Origin: Vitrella brassicaformis CCMP3155 | Taxonomy: Eukaryota; Protista; Chromerida | NCBI GenBank assembly: GCA_001179505.1 | Contig: CDMY01000361.1 | Span: forward strand, 37,631-101,353 | Length of the DNA stretch: 63,723 nucleotides | Direction: 5' to 3' | Shown: in pieces, positions 11,312 to 24,960 of the stretch | How the letters are laid out: the number at the start of each line of letters is the position of its first letter | Position numbering within the stretch: position 1 is the stretch's first letter | Made by a program: the position numbers and the translations under genes | Notes under the pieces: generated by a model | Told to the model about the DNA's origin: nothing | Seen by the model: the letters and a program-made list of their open reading frames with translations, nothing else | Database searches by the model: none

Positions 11312-13211
11312 ATGCAGCCAGCAATACAGCGACGCAGCTTCATATCTCCGCCGAGGAGGAACAGCAGGAGCGGAAGGGAACGGCTGAGGCTGTTGCGGGG
11401 AGGGAGCCGAGGACCGCTGCACACACTGGTCTGCGCATCGCTTGGAGGATGCCTCATTGTCTCACTGGTCGTCCTGTTGACTGCGGTGCCGGGCCCTTTC
11501 TCCCTCCTCCACCAACGGTCACACGCCTGTCAGCCGAGCCAAGAAACCACAGTGGATGCGCGGATTCTGCAGGACAACGACAAGGACGGCCAACCACCGC
11601 CCCAGCACCAGCAGCAACACCAGCAGCAGCTTACACCAATCGAGGCTGAGCGGTCGGCGGCGGCCGCGTTGGTGGCGTATCTGGTGCAGAGCATTAACGA
11701 CTATGACAGGGAGGTCCAGGCCGTGGCGGATTGCGACGAGAGGACCTTCCGGGCCCCGACGGCTGCCGGCAGCCCGGAGCGGCTGTTGTCGGTGTGCGTG
11801 CCGCGGACGATGAATTTGGTGAGCGAGTCGCTGAGGCGGGAGAAGGGGGAGTGGGAGAAGCCTCAAACCATGGCCATCGCTGACAAAATGAGGGTACAAT
11901 GGGGCAGGCAGGAGAGGGGACAGAGCGCATGGAGTGTGTCAGTTGTATTTCAGGAGTGCGGGTCCCCCGGCGACGCTCGTTGTGTGTTTGTGGATGTGGG
12001 CGTGGAGGAGGGATGGTACGCTCTCAATATCGCAGCACTGGGGTATAAAGTCATCGGTACAAAGAGACAGACACGAAAATGGACACAAACACAGATACAT
12101 ATAGCTCCGTATGATGTTGCTCTGTGCAACCTCTTGCATCACTGCATCTGGATGTGTGTCTGTATGTGTGGTGTAGGTTTCGAGGCAATGCTTCGCAACG
12201 TATACGCGACCACCAGGTCCGCACACCTGCCCGCCAACAGCTTTGAGGGCTCCGCCATCCCGGATATACAAATATACCCATTTGCAGCGGGAGACAAATA
12301 CGAGAGGTAAGAGTAGATGGCCCAGCACAGTGAGTACAGAGACGACACATTTCGTGACGTGTGGTGGGTTTCGGTGACTGTACAGGTGCGTCGTCGCCTC
12401 AAGTAAGTGGTACTGACCTTCTCGTGCCAACAAGCTTCACTGTACCTTGTGTACGTTGGCTGGTGGATTGGTCTGTGATTCCTGCATCCGCTCACTCTTC
12501 CGCTGTGCAGATCCCAGGAACACCCTCGACGGTGACAAGTCGCACATATCGAGGGGTCATTCTGCCTGCGATCGATGCCTGCCTGTGTCCATTTGTGCCT
12601 GCAGGTCACACGCTGTGCGGCGCGAGCAACACCTCCCATGTGCTCGAGAGGGCCAACCTCACCAGGCGACACGATGTAATGGATGGATGGAACAGGGAAA
12701 CCAGTGCCTGTGACCGTGTGTTTCCGTGTGTGTGGATGGTGGATGGACGTGTATGTGCAGGTGCAGACGGTGCTGCTCGACGACATGCTGGCTGATGTGT
12801 CGCCATGGATGATGAAACTGGACGTCGAGGGAGCCGAACTCAAAGTACTCAGAGGTAGGTGCGCTAAGCCAGACGTATCAGTGTGGCATTTTTCTCTGTG
12901 TGGCATGTCAATCAGGTGCCCGTGAGGTGCTGAAGCGAGTCAAATACGTGTTCCACGAAGCATCCAGGTAGCATTGTCAGCAACGCCCTGCAACCATTGG
13001 CACTTATGTCTCTTGTATCGTCCACGACAGAGAGTTGCTAGAGGAGAAGGGCGACACGCCCGAGGAGTTGCTCGACTTCTGGAAGGCCATGGGGTTCTCC
13101 TGCCGGCCGTTCCAGTTCTCGCGTGAGGACCTCCGCACCGTCTTCAGGAGACGACGCTTTATGGCAGACATCCTCTGCACAAACCTCAAATTCGTTAGCC
13201 TATACACATAG
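11312..13211 (+). CDS. FkbM-family (Methyltransf_21) methyltransferase with N-terminal membrane anchor, multi-exon
   Basis: Hydrophobic anchor LVCASLGGCLIVSLVVLLTAV, then VFVDVGVEEGWYALNIAALGYKVIG|FEAM, VQTVLLDDML...MMKLDVEGAELKVLRG|AREVL. Last exon ends ...TNLKFVSLYT TAG at 13209-13211. Confidence 0.8.
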
Positions 13212-13711
13212 CATGACACGGCCGACATGCTCAGTGGTTCGGCCGGTGGGTGGGATGTGATGCGACGTGAGGCGCTGATGCACAAATGGTGCAAGTGATT
13301 TGATCGGCGTGTTGCTGAGTGAGAAGTGATTTGATCGCACTGTGGTGGGTGGGGGTGTGGTGGGTCTGTTTTGTAGGCGGGTGCTGTTGTATCTGTCCTG
13401 TCTGTCCTGCGTGCTCACGTGCTGTCGACATCACTTAGTCGGTGATGACTGATCGACAGTGTGCAGCCAGTGCACCTAGCTGTGCTGTGTGGCATGCATG
13501 TGGCGTGATGCGGGCTTGTCCATGTGCTGGTTCGTGTAAGGCATGACTTATGTATATAGATAGGTCAATGCACGTGTGTATATAGACATCGTCAGACACG
13601 CCCTCTGACACAAATGCCCGAACGCGAATACACCGAGAAATACATACGCACCCTACACCCTACTGAACCGGCACACTGATTAATCCTGCATCCCGCGATG
13701 AGGGGAGTGCG

Positions 13712-15173
13712 TCACGATTTGTCCGACACTTCATTGATGAATGCCGCCACTTGCTCGACGAACGCCTGCCGGTACTCCTGTTTCTCCAGACCATGGTCGC
13801 CGTCCAGAAACACCAACTTGGCACAGTCAGAGAAACTGACGCACAGCACACGGCCTCAAAGGCAAACATTCAGTGCACTGTTGGTTCGATAGACACCTTG
13901 ATGCGGTTGGCATGAAGGTGTCGTTGAGGAAGGCCTTCAACGCATCCATATCCTTGACGTACTCATCGTCCTCACTGAAATCACACGAATGGGTGACAGA
14001 CATCAGACATCTACACTGCGGGCTAGCTACGCCACCTGTAAACAAACAGTGAGGGTACGGTGAGGGGCTTGAGCCGCGGTGCCAGCTCCTCCTGGGTCAA
14101 GTCGGTTGAGAAGAAATCCTCATCACCCAACTTGGACGCCATGCTGTGAAAACTGCACACACACGCAACACAAACTAACCCCCTGCTCGTTCTTGCCTGC
14201 GTGCCTGTGTCCTCGGCCATTACCGACCGGTATGCGCTGATGGATACGATGCCAAAGAGCTTCTCTGACAGGACCTTGTCGGGCTGTCCCTCGGCCAGTG
14301 CTGCATTGGCCTCAGCCAGCAGACCGTCGAACCCATGAGTGCCCACCTACACATCAAGGAATCGTCGCAGTGTACAGATTGGTTTGCATGTCCGAGTGTA
14401 CGCACCATGGCCTGCCTGTCTGAGATGCCGCCCTGGAATACTGCAAAGTCCAGCGACCGGTGCGGTGGACATCCTGCAGCCAGGCATCAATGTATTTGGA
14501 CAAGTGGATATTCCGTCTTCGGGTGTGTACGGTGTCACGACCTTGCTCATCGTATTGCTTCATCATGTGCATGATGTCCTGGCAACCTGAAGCATAGAGG
14601 AATGATCGTCTCACCAGTGCGTGTGCGCTGCATGCAGGACAGCGCATTGCATACCCGTAGAGTGCCCGATGATGCCTATCCGGTGGAAGCCCCTCTGTTT
14701 CCGAAGATGGTCCACCAGCAGCCAGAGCTCCTTCGCATCTTGCATCACGGACGATGTGCCAAACTGGTTCCAGCTGCTCGACAAATTCACCTGGCAGGCA
14801 GTGACTCATCCGATTCAACTCGACTGCGAAGGTGAGGCCTGGGGCACTGCCTGTCCCTCAAGACTGCATATGTCAAGAGTGTTCACCTGGCAGACACTCC
14901 AGCCCATCGCGTTGAGCCTCTCGGCCAGGGATGGGACATACCGAAGACTAAGAAACCCTGAAACGATAGACACACAATACTGCATGTTTGGTTCGCTGTT
15001 ATAGATCTGATCTGACCATCAGTAAGACCTCCCACGACGATGCAGCACGATGCCTTGGAGGTCTTAATCTGTCGTGATGGCGTGATAAAGCCCAGCAGAT
15101 GGCGACCCTCGTCGACATCGAAGTGAAACATCAAACCCTCCTGCTCCTGCGCTTCACTGCCCTCCTTCGCCAT
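13712..15173 (-). CDS. DUF1749/UPF0613 alpha/beta hydrolase, multi-exon
   Basis: Spliced peptide CIVVGGLTDG|FLSLRYVPSLAERLNAMGWSVCQ|VNLSSSWNQFGTSSVMQDA...IGHSTG|CQDIMH, then GDEDFFSTDLT, SEDDEYV and DGDHGL. The GHSTG nucleophile elbow and Asp/His triad candidates are present. Confidence 0.85.
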
Positions 15174-15292
15174 GATTCAGTGGCTGGGGTATGAGGCAAC
15201 ACGACAGATTGGCTGATGCTTTAGGGCGTCTTTTCGCGAAACAGCTTCAGGGCAGCTCGTAAAACACTATTCCCTGACAAAGCTCCCACGTC

Positions 15293-17860
15293 ATGAGGAG
15301 CCTGGTGAGAGGAGCCGCATCTAGTCTCTTCCGGCCTTCGAATCAGTTTCGAGCGGTCTCTTCCGTGCCGGCATTCATCAATGGGACCTTCAGCGAGAGC
15401 TCCGGCACACAGTTCTTTGAAGTGCGGAATCCGGCCACGCAAGAGCTGAGTAAGTGATCAGGAAGTTGCCTGCTGACGCCTGTATGATGTGGCGTTTGAT
15501 CTCATGCAGTTGCCAAGACTCCTCAGTCAACAGACGCGGAGCTGAAGGATGCAGCAAGTGCAGCGCAGAAGGCCTTCTTGTCGTGGCGCAACACACCCGT
15601 GTCGGTGCGCCAGAGATACATGTTCAAGTTGCAGTCAATCATCCGCGAGAGAACCGACGAACTGGCCGCAATCCTCACCAAGGAGCAGGGCAAGACTCTA
15701 GACGATGCCAAAGGTGACATCTTCCGGTGAGCCAACCGACCAGCCGCAGCCGCGCCGCAAAGAGCAAACACCCATGAGTGCCTGTTGTGATGTCAGGGGC
15801 CTGGAGGTTGTGGAGTATGCTTGCAGCGCATCTTCTGTACTCATGGGCGAGACCATCGAGAACGTCTCCAAGGTGAGGCGGGCAACCTGAGAGCACCGGT
15901 TGACGCACCTGGATCCCGTCACATGGTTTGTTTGATGTAGGGCGTTGACACCTATTCGTACAGACAGCCACTCGGTGTTTGTGCGGGAGTGGCGCCATTC
16001 AACTTCCCCGCAATGTGAGTATCTGAGCGGGAGGGGCAGGTTGTTTCTCTTTTTCATTTCCTTCTTCCTCTTTTCTGTAGGATTCCGTTGTGGATGTTCC
16101 CATTAGCAATTGCAGGTCAGGTGCTCTTCTCTGCCCATCGTTCGCTGCAAGAGCCGATTGTGCTATTTCAGCCGGCAACACCTTCGTCCTCAAGCCGTCT
16201 GAGCGGGTGCCATTGTCGTCAATGAAGCTGGCAGAGTGGCTGAACGAAATTGGGCTCCCTCCTGGTGTCGTCAACATCGTGGTACGCACACACAAAAGGC
16301 AGCATTCAACGATGGTATGTACTTTGCTGCATGCCTTCTCTTGTCAGCATGGCGGGAAGCCGACTGTGGACTTCATTTGTGAAGACCCTCACATTCGCGC
16401 CATATCGTTTGTCGGCTCGAACAGAGCCGGCGAGTACATCTTCGAACAGGGGACCAAGAACGGCAAGCGCGTCCAGGCCAACCTGGGAGCAAAGGTTCGC
16501 AGGGCAGCAGGGTGGGATGAGGCACACGTGTTCGTGGCTTCCTGATCATGGTGGGATCTTTGCTTTCAATCTAGAACCACGCGGTCGTCATGCCAGACGC
16601 GGACAAGGAGGACACAATCAATATGCTCTGCAATTCGGCATTTGGTGGGCTGGAGAAAGGAAGGAGAAATGCATCTGGATGGTCTCAATTGCAGGGGCTG
16701 CCGGACAGCGCTGCATGGCCATTTCTGTTGCCATGATGGTGGGGGAAGCGTCTGCCTGGATACCGTAAGCTAAGGCGCACTCGCTCTCTCAACGAAGAGC
16801 TTTGATTGAGCTCGTTCTTGTCAGAGAGATCGTGAAGCGAGCGTCTTCATTCAAGGTCAACACAGGGAGCGAGCCTGGGACCGACATCGGCCCTCTGATC
16901 TCCCCAGAGGCAAAGAAGCGCGTCATTCAGCTCGTTTCACAAGTAGGGATTTTTGAACAGTTCGCATCCGTCACCATGTTCCCGTGTGTGTCGAATAGGG
17001 GGTGGAGGAAGGCGCGACGCTAGCGCTGAATGGTTTGGACGTGACCGTGCCGGGCTACGAAAATGGTACACACGTCAACACCAGCAGTCTGCATCATTCT
17101 CTCCCTTGTTCATTCTCGGCAGGCAACTTCGTCGGACCTACCCTCCTCACAGACGTCACTCCCGACAACGTCGCATACAACGAAGAGATTTTCGGTATGG
17201 ATATGCACCTGCCAAACGACATGGTCCTGTTGCACAGGTGCGGTGTACTACAACAGGTCCGGTGTTGTGCACGATGAACTGCGACAGCCTTGACGATGCT
17301 TTGGCAACTGTCAACAAGAACCCAAAAGGCAATGGGACAGGTAACACGCTCGTGGTCTGCATGCATCAAGACGCGACTTGCATTTCTTTTTTCCTTTAGC
17401 AATCTTCACCAAGAATGGTGCTACAGCCAGAAGGTTCCAGTATGAAGTGGACGTGGGGCAAGGTGAGCGACCACGAGACCACGAAGACACCTGCAACAAA
17501 TACAAGACAATTAACCAATGTTCGTCTCCTCCAGTTGGCATCAATCTGCCCATTCCGGTTCCACTTCCGATGTACGCACACACAGGCATCAGCTAGACGC
17601 AGCCCCATTTTCTGTTTCCACTACCGCTTTCAGGTTCTCATTCACTGGCTGGAAAGGAAGCATCAGAGGCGACCTGAACTTCTACGGCAAATATGGTACG
17701 TGTCAAGAACGACAAAGACTCAGTTTGTTTTCCTTGGATCTGAACGCTCCCTTGTTCTGCAGGGCTCTACTTTTACACACAGGTCAAGACCATTACCAGT
17801 CGCTGGAAAGATGAAGCCAAGGTGGCTAAGTTGAGTGGGGCAATGCCAACTTTGGGGTAG
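15293..17860 (+). CDS. ALDH6A1: Methylmalonate-semialdehyde dehydrogenase (acylating), mitochondrial
   Basis: All exons join in frame: [15 protein letters not shown] presequence, [69 protein letters not shown] (catalytic Cys), [27 protein letters not shown] at 17858-17860. Confidence 0.95.
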
Positions 17861-18100
17861 CGGGTCTGTGATTCAAGTCTGTCAAATAATGTCATTGGGG
17901 TGGGGGGCAGTTCTGTCCAGAGGTTCATGCAGGTGCATAGTGTAGCACTGCGCGTTCTCGTTTGGGACTTATGACACTCTTGTGGTGGAGGGTGCAGAGA
18001 GGCACACATACACACAGCCATCAATCAATTCAGCGTATCCTGATGCACGCATTGATCGATGAGAATAGGCACACACAGAGAGGGGCCGTCCCCAACCGTC

Positions 18101-21100
18101 TCATGCGACCTTGACGAACACACCGTCCTGCGTCGACAACATTTGTGCACATTCATATTGCATAGGGAATTTTGTTTGTAGTGGACATGCCTGAAGAAAG
18201 GCCGCATCAAACATCCGGTCAAGCCCTTCACGAACTGAGTAGCAACTCCCATTCAAGCTGAAAAAAATCGGCCAAAGCCAAAGGCTTCATGCACCTCCTC
18301 AGCATCTTTCAAACCTACCTCATGTCAAGTATGGAGACATTTGAGCTTTCTGCGACTGCCGATTTGAGCAAAGCAATGATCTCTCCCTGCGAATCTCCCA
18401 CATCATTTGCAGCCAATGAGAGGTATTGAAGCGTAGGATGTGTCTTGACTACATCTGCCCATATCGAAGCGCCTGGAGCAGAAGGGAAATTGTGTGCGTC
18501 TCTGCCCGCCTTTTTCTAACCTACCAATTTCTCCAATCTGATTCCAGCTGAGATCCAGATAGCGTAGAGCCGGAGGCGACCGCATTTCGCTAGACGAGTT
18601 GAATCTTCTGACGCTGGTAGTATGTCCCTCCGCGATGGGAACGTGCAACGTTCTGTTCACGCCGCATAACAATCCAGCGCCTCCACGTTCTGTTTCGGAC
18701 AGAGATGCAGCTTTGGTTGGGATGCCAGCCACTGCAGCCGCCAAGGCCAATGAGCCTACAAGCAGAGGGAGAAGCAAAGAACAAGTGCTCGACACGGAAG
18801 CTGGTACGACCGAGGACCTTCTGCAGTGATTTGATTTTTGGCCAGATCCAGAGCCGTCAATTTGCGTAAGCTGCTGACGACAGCCGACGCGACTTCAACA
18901 CAGCCCTGGACCAACAACGAAGACTTCCAACAGGAGAATGCCACAGCATGTTTCAGGGACTCACCCTGCTCCCGATTTGATTGTCTCGCAATGTGATGGT
19001 CTCCAACCAGCACCTGGTGTCAATGGAGAATGCGTAAGGGAATGTGAGGACGCGTGTCTTTCTCACCTTGTCCTTTCAAGCGCGGAACAGAGCAAAAACG
19101 CCCCCCGGTCAGAAACGCTACAGCCATCCAACGTCAAATGGGACAAAGACGAGAAGACCATGCCCTTTCCAAAAAGATGCGCCTCGAGTCGCGCCCCAAG
19201 AAAGAGGGAAAAGAGGGAGAAGGAGGAAGCCAATCCGACAACTTCTTGCAGCACCGGCAAGAACGCCGAGCCCTCGGGGAAGTCCACCTGTCCATCACAT
19301 GTGGCGATACATATGTATGAGAACGCCAAAATGGCTTTTCTTTTTTTTGTACCTTTTCGCTGTCGTGAATGCCTTTTCTGACTTGAGCACCGAGACACTG
19401 GGCTCCGCCATATGAAAGTCGATCCGCTAAGCGCTGTTGCAATAAGTCTCCAGCTCCATGGAGTAATGCCTGCTGACGTCTCTGACTTCGGGCTTTCCAT
19501 CTCTTCTCCTTCAAGAGGCCACGGCTGATGAGCTCCGTCTCCACTCCTGCCAGCTCTCCGGGTTCTTCTCGCGCCAGTCCTCGCCAGATTTGCAATCTGG
19601 TCCGCAGCTCTTTGAGGAGTTTGTCTCCGTTTGGAGACACCCCTTCTGATGCTTCAGCCGCAAAGCCATCATTGCCACTTATTTCCGTTTTGAACGAAGG
19701 AACGACGGAAGGAATGTCTTGCGTTGTCTCCAAAGCAGGGCCGATTGACAAACGTTTCTCGATGACAGCAGGGCAGGCCGAAAACAACAGCTTGATGTTC
19801 TCGAAAGGCTGCCGCAGACTCGCGTCGTTCATGTCGAAGGGTTCTGGGAAAGGCCGGAAGACGCGCTGGTTCCTGTCAGGAGGTAATGCAACAGCAGAGC
19901 CAGAAAAGCGATAATCGGTACACGGCGCTATGGGGGTGTCGTCCAATGGCGGAAGGGAGGGGTCGCTCGTGTCTCTTGTGGTCCGTCCGAAACTCAAGAT
20001 GACGTGAAGAACGGCAGCATAAGGGTACAGGTGCAGCACATGACCGAAGAGAATCGCGTCGCATTGAGTGATGTTTGACCATGGTGACATCTGAATCTGG
20101 ATAACGACTGCTGCGCCTGAGGAATACAAAAGTTCGGTCATAGCACCCATCAGGAGCCCCGGTGCAGTTACCCAGCTGTCCTGCTTTTTGGAGCGACTCC
20201 AAGTCGATCCCATTGAAGAATGTTAACGTTCCAAAACGGCTCTATGATACGAAAGGAGACGTGCAGGTCTCGCCAGACTGCTTTTTTCTTCACTTTTCGT
20301 ACCTGGAGTATCTTGACCATTTCCAATGCACTGCACACTCCCAAGGAGAGACAGCTTCGAGCATCGAAATATCTCAAGGATGGAAGCGGCATTTCGGCCC
20401 TGTCCATTTTGTATGGAGGCGATAGGATATTCGCGAGGCGGGAAATGGCCGCATCGGTGATCGTGTTCTGAGACAAATCGAGGTGCGTCACAGCCGCGAG
20501 ACGTCGAAAGCCGGGAGCTTCCCGAGGCCACTTGCTCTCCAGCAGTGAGCACAGCCCTTGCATTCCTTCGTCGCTCGAACTCCGTGAACACCGAAGGAAA
20601 GCGGTTTCGAGCCGGAGGTGTTCAAAGACCTGTAGGAAAGCAGGCACCAGATAGGGGGGAGGATTGGCATAGCTTCCTTTATTTCTTATTACCTCTGGAG
20701 TCTTTTCGCACAGCCGACCAAGCAGGGCGAGAGTGGTGTCATTCCATAGCACATCGGAGTCTTCAGGCTGGTCTTGCTTTTGTAGCTGAATACCGTTGAA
20801 CGACGTGAGATTGGTCCTTCCAGCCGCTGCGGACGCCAACATGGACGAACCTCTGTATGTGAAAAACGCTCGTTAAAGCGGTCATTCAAGCAATATTCGG
20901 TCCTCATGGAATGTCGTTACTTTGCGCTCGTTTTGAAGCCTGGGCCGAACTGCAAATGCTTGATAGTCTGATTGCCGACCACAATATCGGCGAGGAAGAC
21001 CAAGGAGTTGTCAGGAATAGTGTGTCTCGACAGTCGCAGAGAGACGAGAAGCGGGAAGTTTGCTGGCGTGACAAGGCTACCGAGGAGCAGGGCGTCACCC

Positions 21101-24100
21101 TCGTCGAGACGAACTTCTCTCGTAGCTTCTGGTCCTTCTCCGCCCGTGTTGATGGCAGCCCGCGCGTATGCCACTCCTGCAGGATCGTCGAAATCGCCAA
21201 AATCTATTGCTCCGTCATCAGCTCCGTTGAAGTGCAAGAGCTGGAGAATCGCAAGCTGTCAAAGTCGAATGTGTGAGGGAAGCCTTACCTTTGTCTTTTG
21301 CGCATTGGCGATTAGAACGGGAATACAGTTGAGCGTCTCCACATTTGTGTTTTCGTTCTGAAGCAGGTGGAGCAAATACAGCCCGTCCGATTCAGTGAGG
21401 TAGTTTCCACGCTGACCAAACAAGGGTAAACAGATAGTCGAGTCAAATCCAAGTAACGCTCTTGCATTGTACCAGGTCAAGCTTCCTTAGAGAAGGACTC
21501 ATTAGGAGGGAGCGAAGGACGCGGCGAAAGAAGGAAGGCACTCGCTCTATCGCTGCGTCATGGTCTTCGTTCTCCTCACTGCAAGAAACAATGAGGTGTG
21601 CTGAAAAGGAGATGTATCTACACGTACCCGGCGGCATACTCATCAGGGTGCATCGATTCGCACATTTTCCGCAGACCTTGCATGGCAAGACTTAAGGAAA
21701 TGAGCGACTCAGTCAGCGGCAGAGCTAATGGCCTGACAATGGCGCAATCAGACGACGACATCACACGTGAAACACGAGAAGGACGCACCTGTCCAATTGC
21801 GGGAAGGGGAAATTTCTCGGCGCCTCACACACCGGCACGTGAAGGGCGGGGGTATAGATTGTCTGCAGAGACATGCAATGTGTCCATGTATTGTGTCTCG
21901 GTGGCTCAGACGCCTTTTTCATCTGTTCCTTTACTCGATAGGTGCCGGCCGGTCCCTCGACCACAGTGCCGCTCATCACTTCCTCAAAGTCTTCTGGAGA
22001 CATGGATGAAAGCTGCTCCTTGGTGAGAGATCTGATGAGACAATTCGTCGTGAACCAGCAAGCGACGTGGGCACTGACAATCATTTGCCTCTCACCTGCC
22101 ACCTGCGGCAACCTCTTCGAACCGCGGGAGCGTCATGAGAGTTGCCTTGAGCAGATTTATCATGCGTGCCGTCTCGTCTGAAAATGGCAGCCGTTTCCTC
22201 CTCACTGGCATCACGCTTTCTTGCACCGAAAGCCGCCTCAAATGGGTTCCAGCGCCCGAAGACAAGTATGTGAGCAGAGAGCAGACCGAGTTTGTGTTCA
22301 TCCTGGCTCCGTCAATGGGCAGCTCCGTGATTTGGAGGGAGGGATTGGCGAGACATCTCAGCAGGCTTACACAGACATGGGTGCTCCGGATGCTCAGCTG
22401 ATGGGGAAAGCTCCCCTCGCTCAAGCTGCTCACCAAGGCCGCGAGACGCTGGCACTGGTCAGTAACCACAGTCACGCGCTTGTCAATGAAGTATAGGCAC
22501 ACTCGCAGCGGCCGCTTATGCGCCACGAGTGCACGGAAGACCCCTTCGGAATCAGCGTTGCCCCTTAACCTCAGTGTGAGCGACTCGATGGCATCTTCAC
22601 CGTCAATTGAATGCACGACGCCCCGCGTGCTCTCTGCAAGCGGTAAGGACTTGGTTTGCTACCTGTGCAACCACAACTCACTTTACCAAGCCGAAGAAGC
22701 AATCGAAGGTCTTCATCATCGTACGAACTGAATGAAGCACACCAGGCCCCTCAGATATCTTCGACAGGTGTGTGTCTGTTCTCTCACCCGAGCTGCATGT
22801 CATTGAATGTCTCAAGCGATCCTCGATGCGTCGGCCGGCATACCTTCCACAGACACGAGAAGCGGGCCTCGGCTTGTTCCACCTCGGCGTCGCGGGATTC
22901 TCTTTCGGTCCGAAGACGGGCCCCAAGGCCTCCTGAAAGCCTACAGAGAGTGAGACACACAGGCACCATCTGACAGATTGCTCTTGTTCCCTTGTGTGTT
23001 GCCTCTCCGATTACTTGCAAAGTGTGGAGCTGTAGCCCTGTATTGTAAGCGTCTGCACACGGGTCTTCCTTGAAGGCTCCGCGAACAAGGCCATGAGCTC
23101 GTCGATGCCGTCCGTCCCCGGTGGCAGAGCAAGGCTGACCTCGCGTAGCTCTGCCGAGTCTTTCTCGAGGAGCCTAGCCAATCATTCGCGGAGGGATATG
23201 CACAAGGATGCGTCTCGTTTTGCGACAACTCACCTCTTGACTGAGAAGAAGAGATGAGCCGACACGAAAGGCGGATACGGAACGACATCAACGAAACCGT
23301 CGGCAGAAGTGGAAACCTGCCATAGTGAGACATGCTTCTCTTCGTCATTAATCTGGGACTTAATAGCATTACTTGGCCGAATCTGAGGCTTCGAAGCTCT
23401 CGCATGCTACCCAGGGTCAGCATTTTGAGTTGAAGGACCAAGTCGGTTGTAGAAGCGCGCGGGCTTGAAGACCACGATTGGAGCGACGAGGCGCCGAAAT
23501 GTTTCGCCTCGTCCGAGGTATCGACGTCAAACTCCTTGCCTCCGCACGGCTTTCTGAAGTCTTCAACACGTGTGGGAAGACTCCCCCACGCTTCAAGTTT
23601 GGGATGGAGCAGCAATGCCTCCGCAAGGGCGTTCAGCCCCTGCACCTTGTCCCACGTTGGGTGGCCGATAGCCGCACAGGCAATGGGGAAGCTGAGACGT
23701 CGCAAGCTCCTGTTACCGCGGACACCCTTGGTCAGCATCGCCAGACCCTGCGGCATCACATTATATATGCATGTATATGGCAGCGGCATGTGAAGATATC
23801 AGAATGTGCCTCTCACCTGCAGGTCGACAGGAATGTTGTCAAGAGTCAGACTCTCGATCGCCCCGCTGTGAAGGACGTATCTTGCGATCTTTTTGATCCC
23901 TTCATGGCCGAAGGAGCTGTTAGACAAGTCGAGCTCCTTGACACAATCAAATCTAAAAGACAAAGACACAATCCGCCGAGACCTGCCATGCCTCGGCCAG
24001 TGATCGGTCTTTCGCACCTCAAGAGCCATTCCTCGAGGAATATGATGTCTTCGTCAACAAGAAGGCGGTTCGCGAGGTTCAACGAATTTGCATGGCCACT

Positions 24101-24960
24101 TCGGAAGCGACGAAAGTCGATCTTCATGGTATTGACGCTTTCAAGAGGAGAGCTGGCATTCCCGATAAGGCTTTGAGCAATCGCCTGACACGAGAGTGGG
24201 AAGACGGTCTGTGAATGCGTTCCTATTGGTGACAATGGGTACCTTGGCTCCTTCCTTCTGCACTGAGCAGAGACACAAGATAGAGCAAGTGTGAAATGAG
24301 CAAGACGTACAGGGTCTGTTGGGGCATACCGTCGTTGCGTCTGAAGACGATCTGTTTCAGTGATTCGTTGAATCTGAGGAAGTGCGACAGGATGATTGCT
24401 CCCACCACCTCGATGCCATACAGGCCGCTGTGGCCTCTCCAATTGGACAGATTGAGCGACGTTGCGGTGTTGTCCTTCAAAGGCCGCACATGTACCCCAT
24501 TAACTTTGGTCAGCAAGACGTAGCGGCGACCCAGCGCCTGCAGACAGTCGTGACGGAGCACCTGGGTTGGGGGCTCGTGTGCGGCCAGCCTCCTTTTTTG
24601 TCTCTCACGGTCCCTACCTTCATGAGCTCCCAGCCAAATCCTGGGCTAAGCTGATTCCCTCTCAGATCTGCAGACAAGACAGTCAGACGCACATTCATGC
24701 ATTCAACTTCAATCAAATCATGGCGCACCATGATCACCTTACCGAGCTCCATTAGGTTGGGGCTTGATATAACGAGACTGAATATGATGTTGGCGTCGAG
24801 TCTGCTGCCCACTGGCAAGTCATATTATGACAGACAGCCACGAATCACGTTCCCCTGCGATGTTCTCTGGTCCCTTACTCAAGTGCAGCTTGTCGAATGT
24901 GCCGCTGTCTCCACCGAAGGAGAGATTGAGAGCGCAGGAATCCGCCTTTATCGCCGCCAT
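18101..24960 (-). CDS. Very large RNI-like leucine-rich-repeat protein (NLRC3/CARMIL-type LRRs), multi-exon
   Basis: Repeated LRR units across about 15 exons: DLRGNQL, LNLSNWR, ELDLSNSSFGHEG, HLDLSQNTITDAA, HLTLDGCSVSDRG, ALDLAKNQITAEG, YLDLSWNQIGEIG, YLSLAANDVGDS. Inferred start MAAIKADS at 24960; stop TGA at 18101-18103. Confidence 0.7.
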
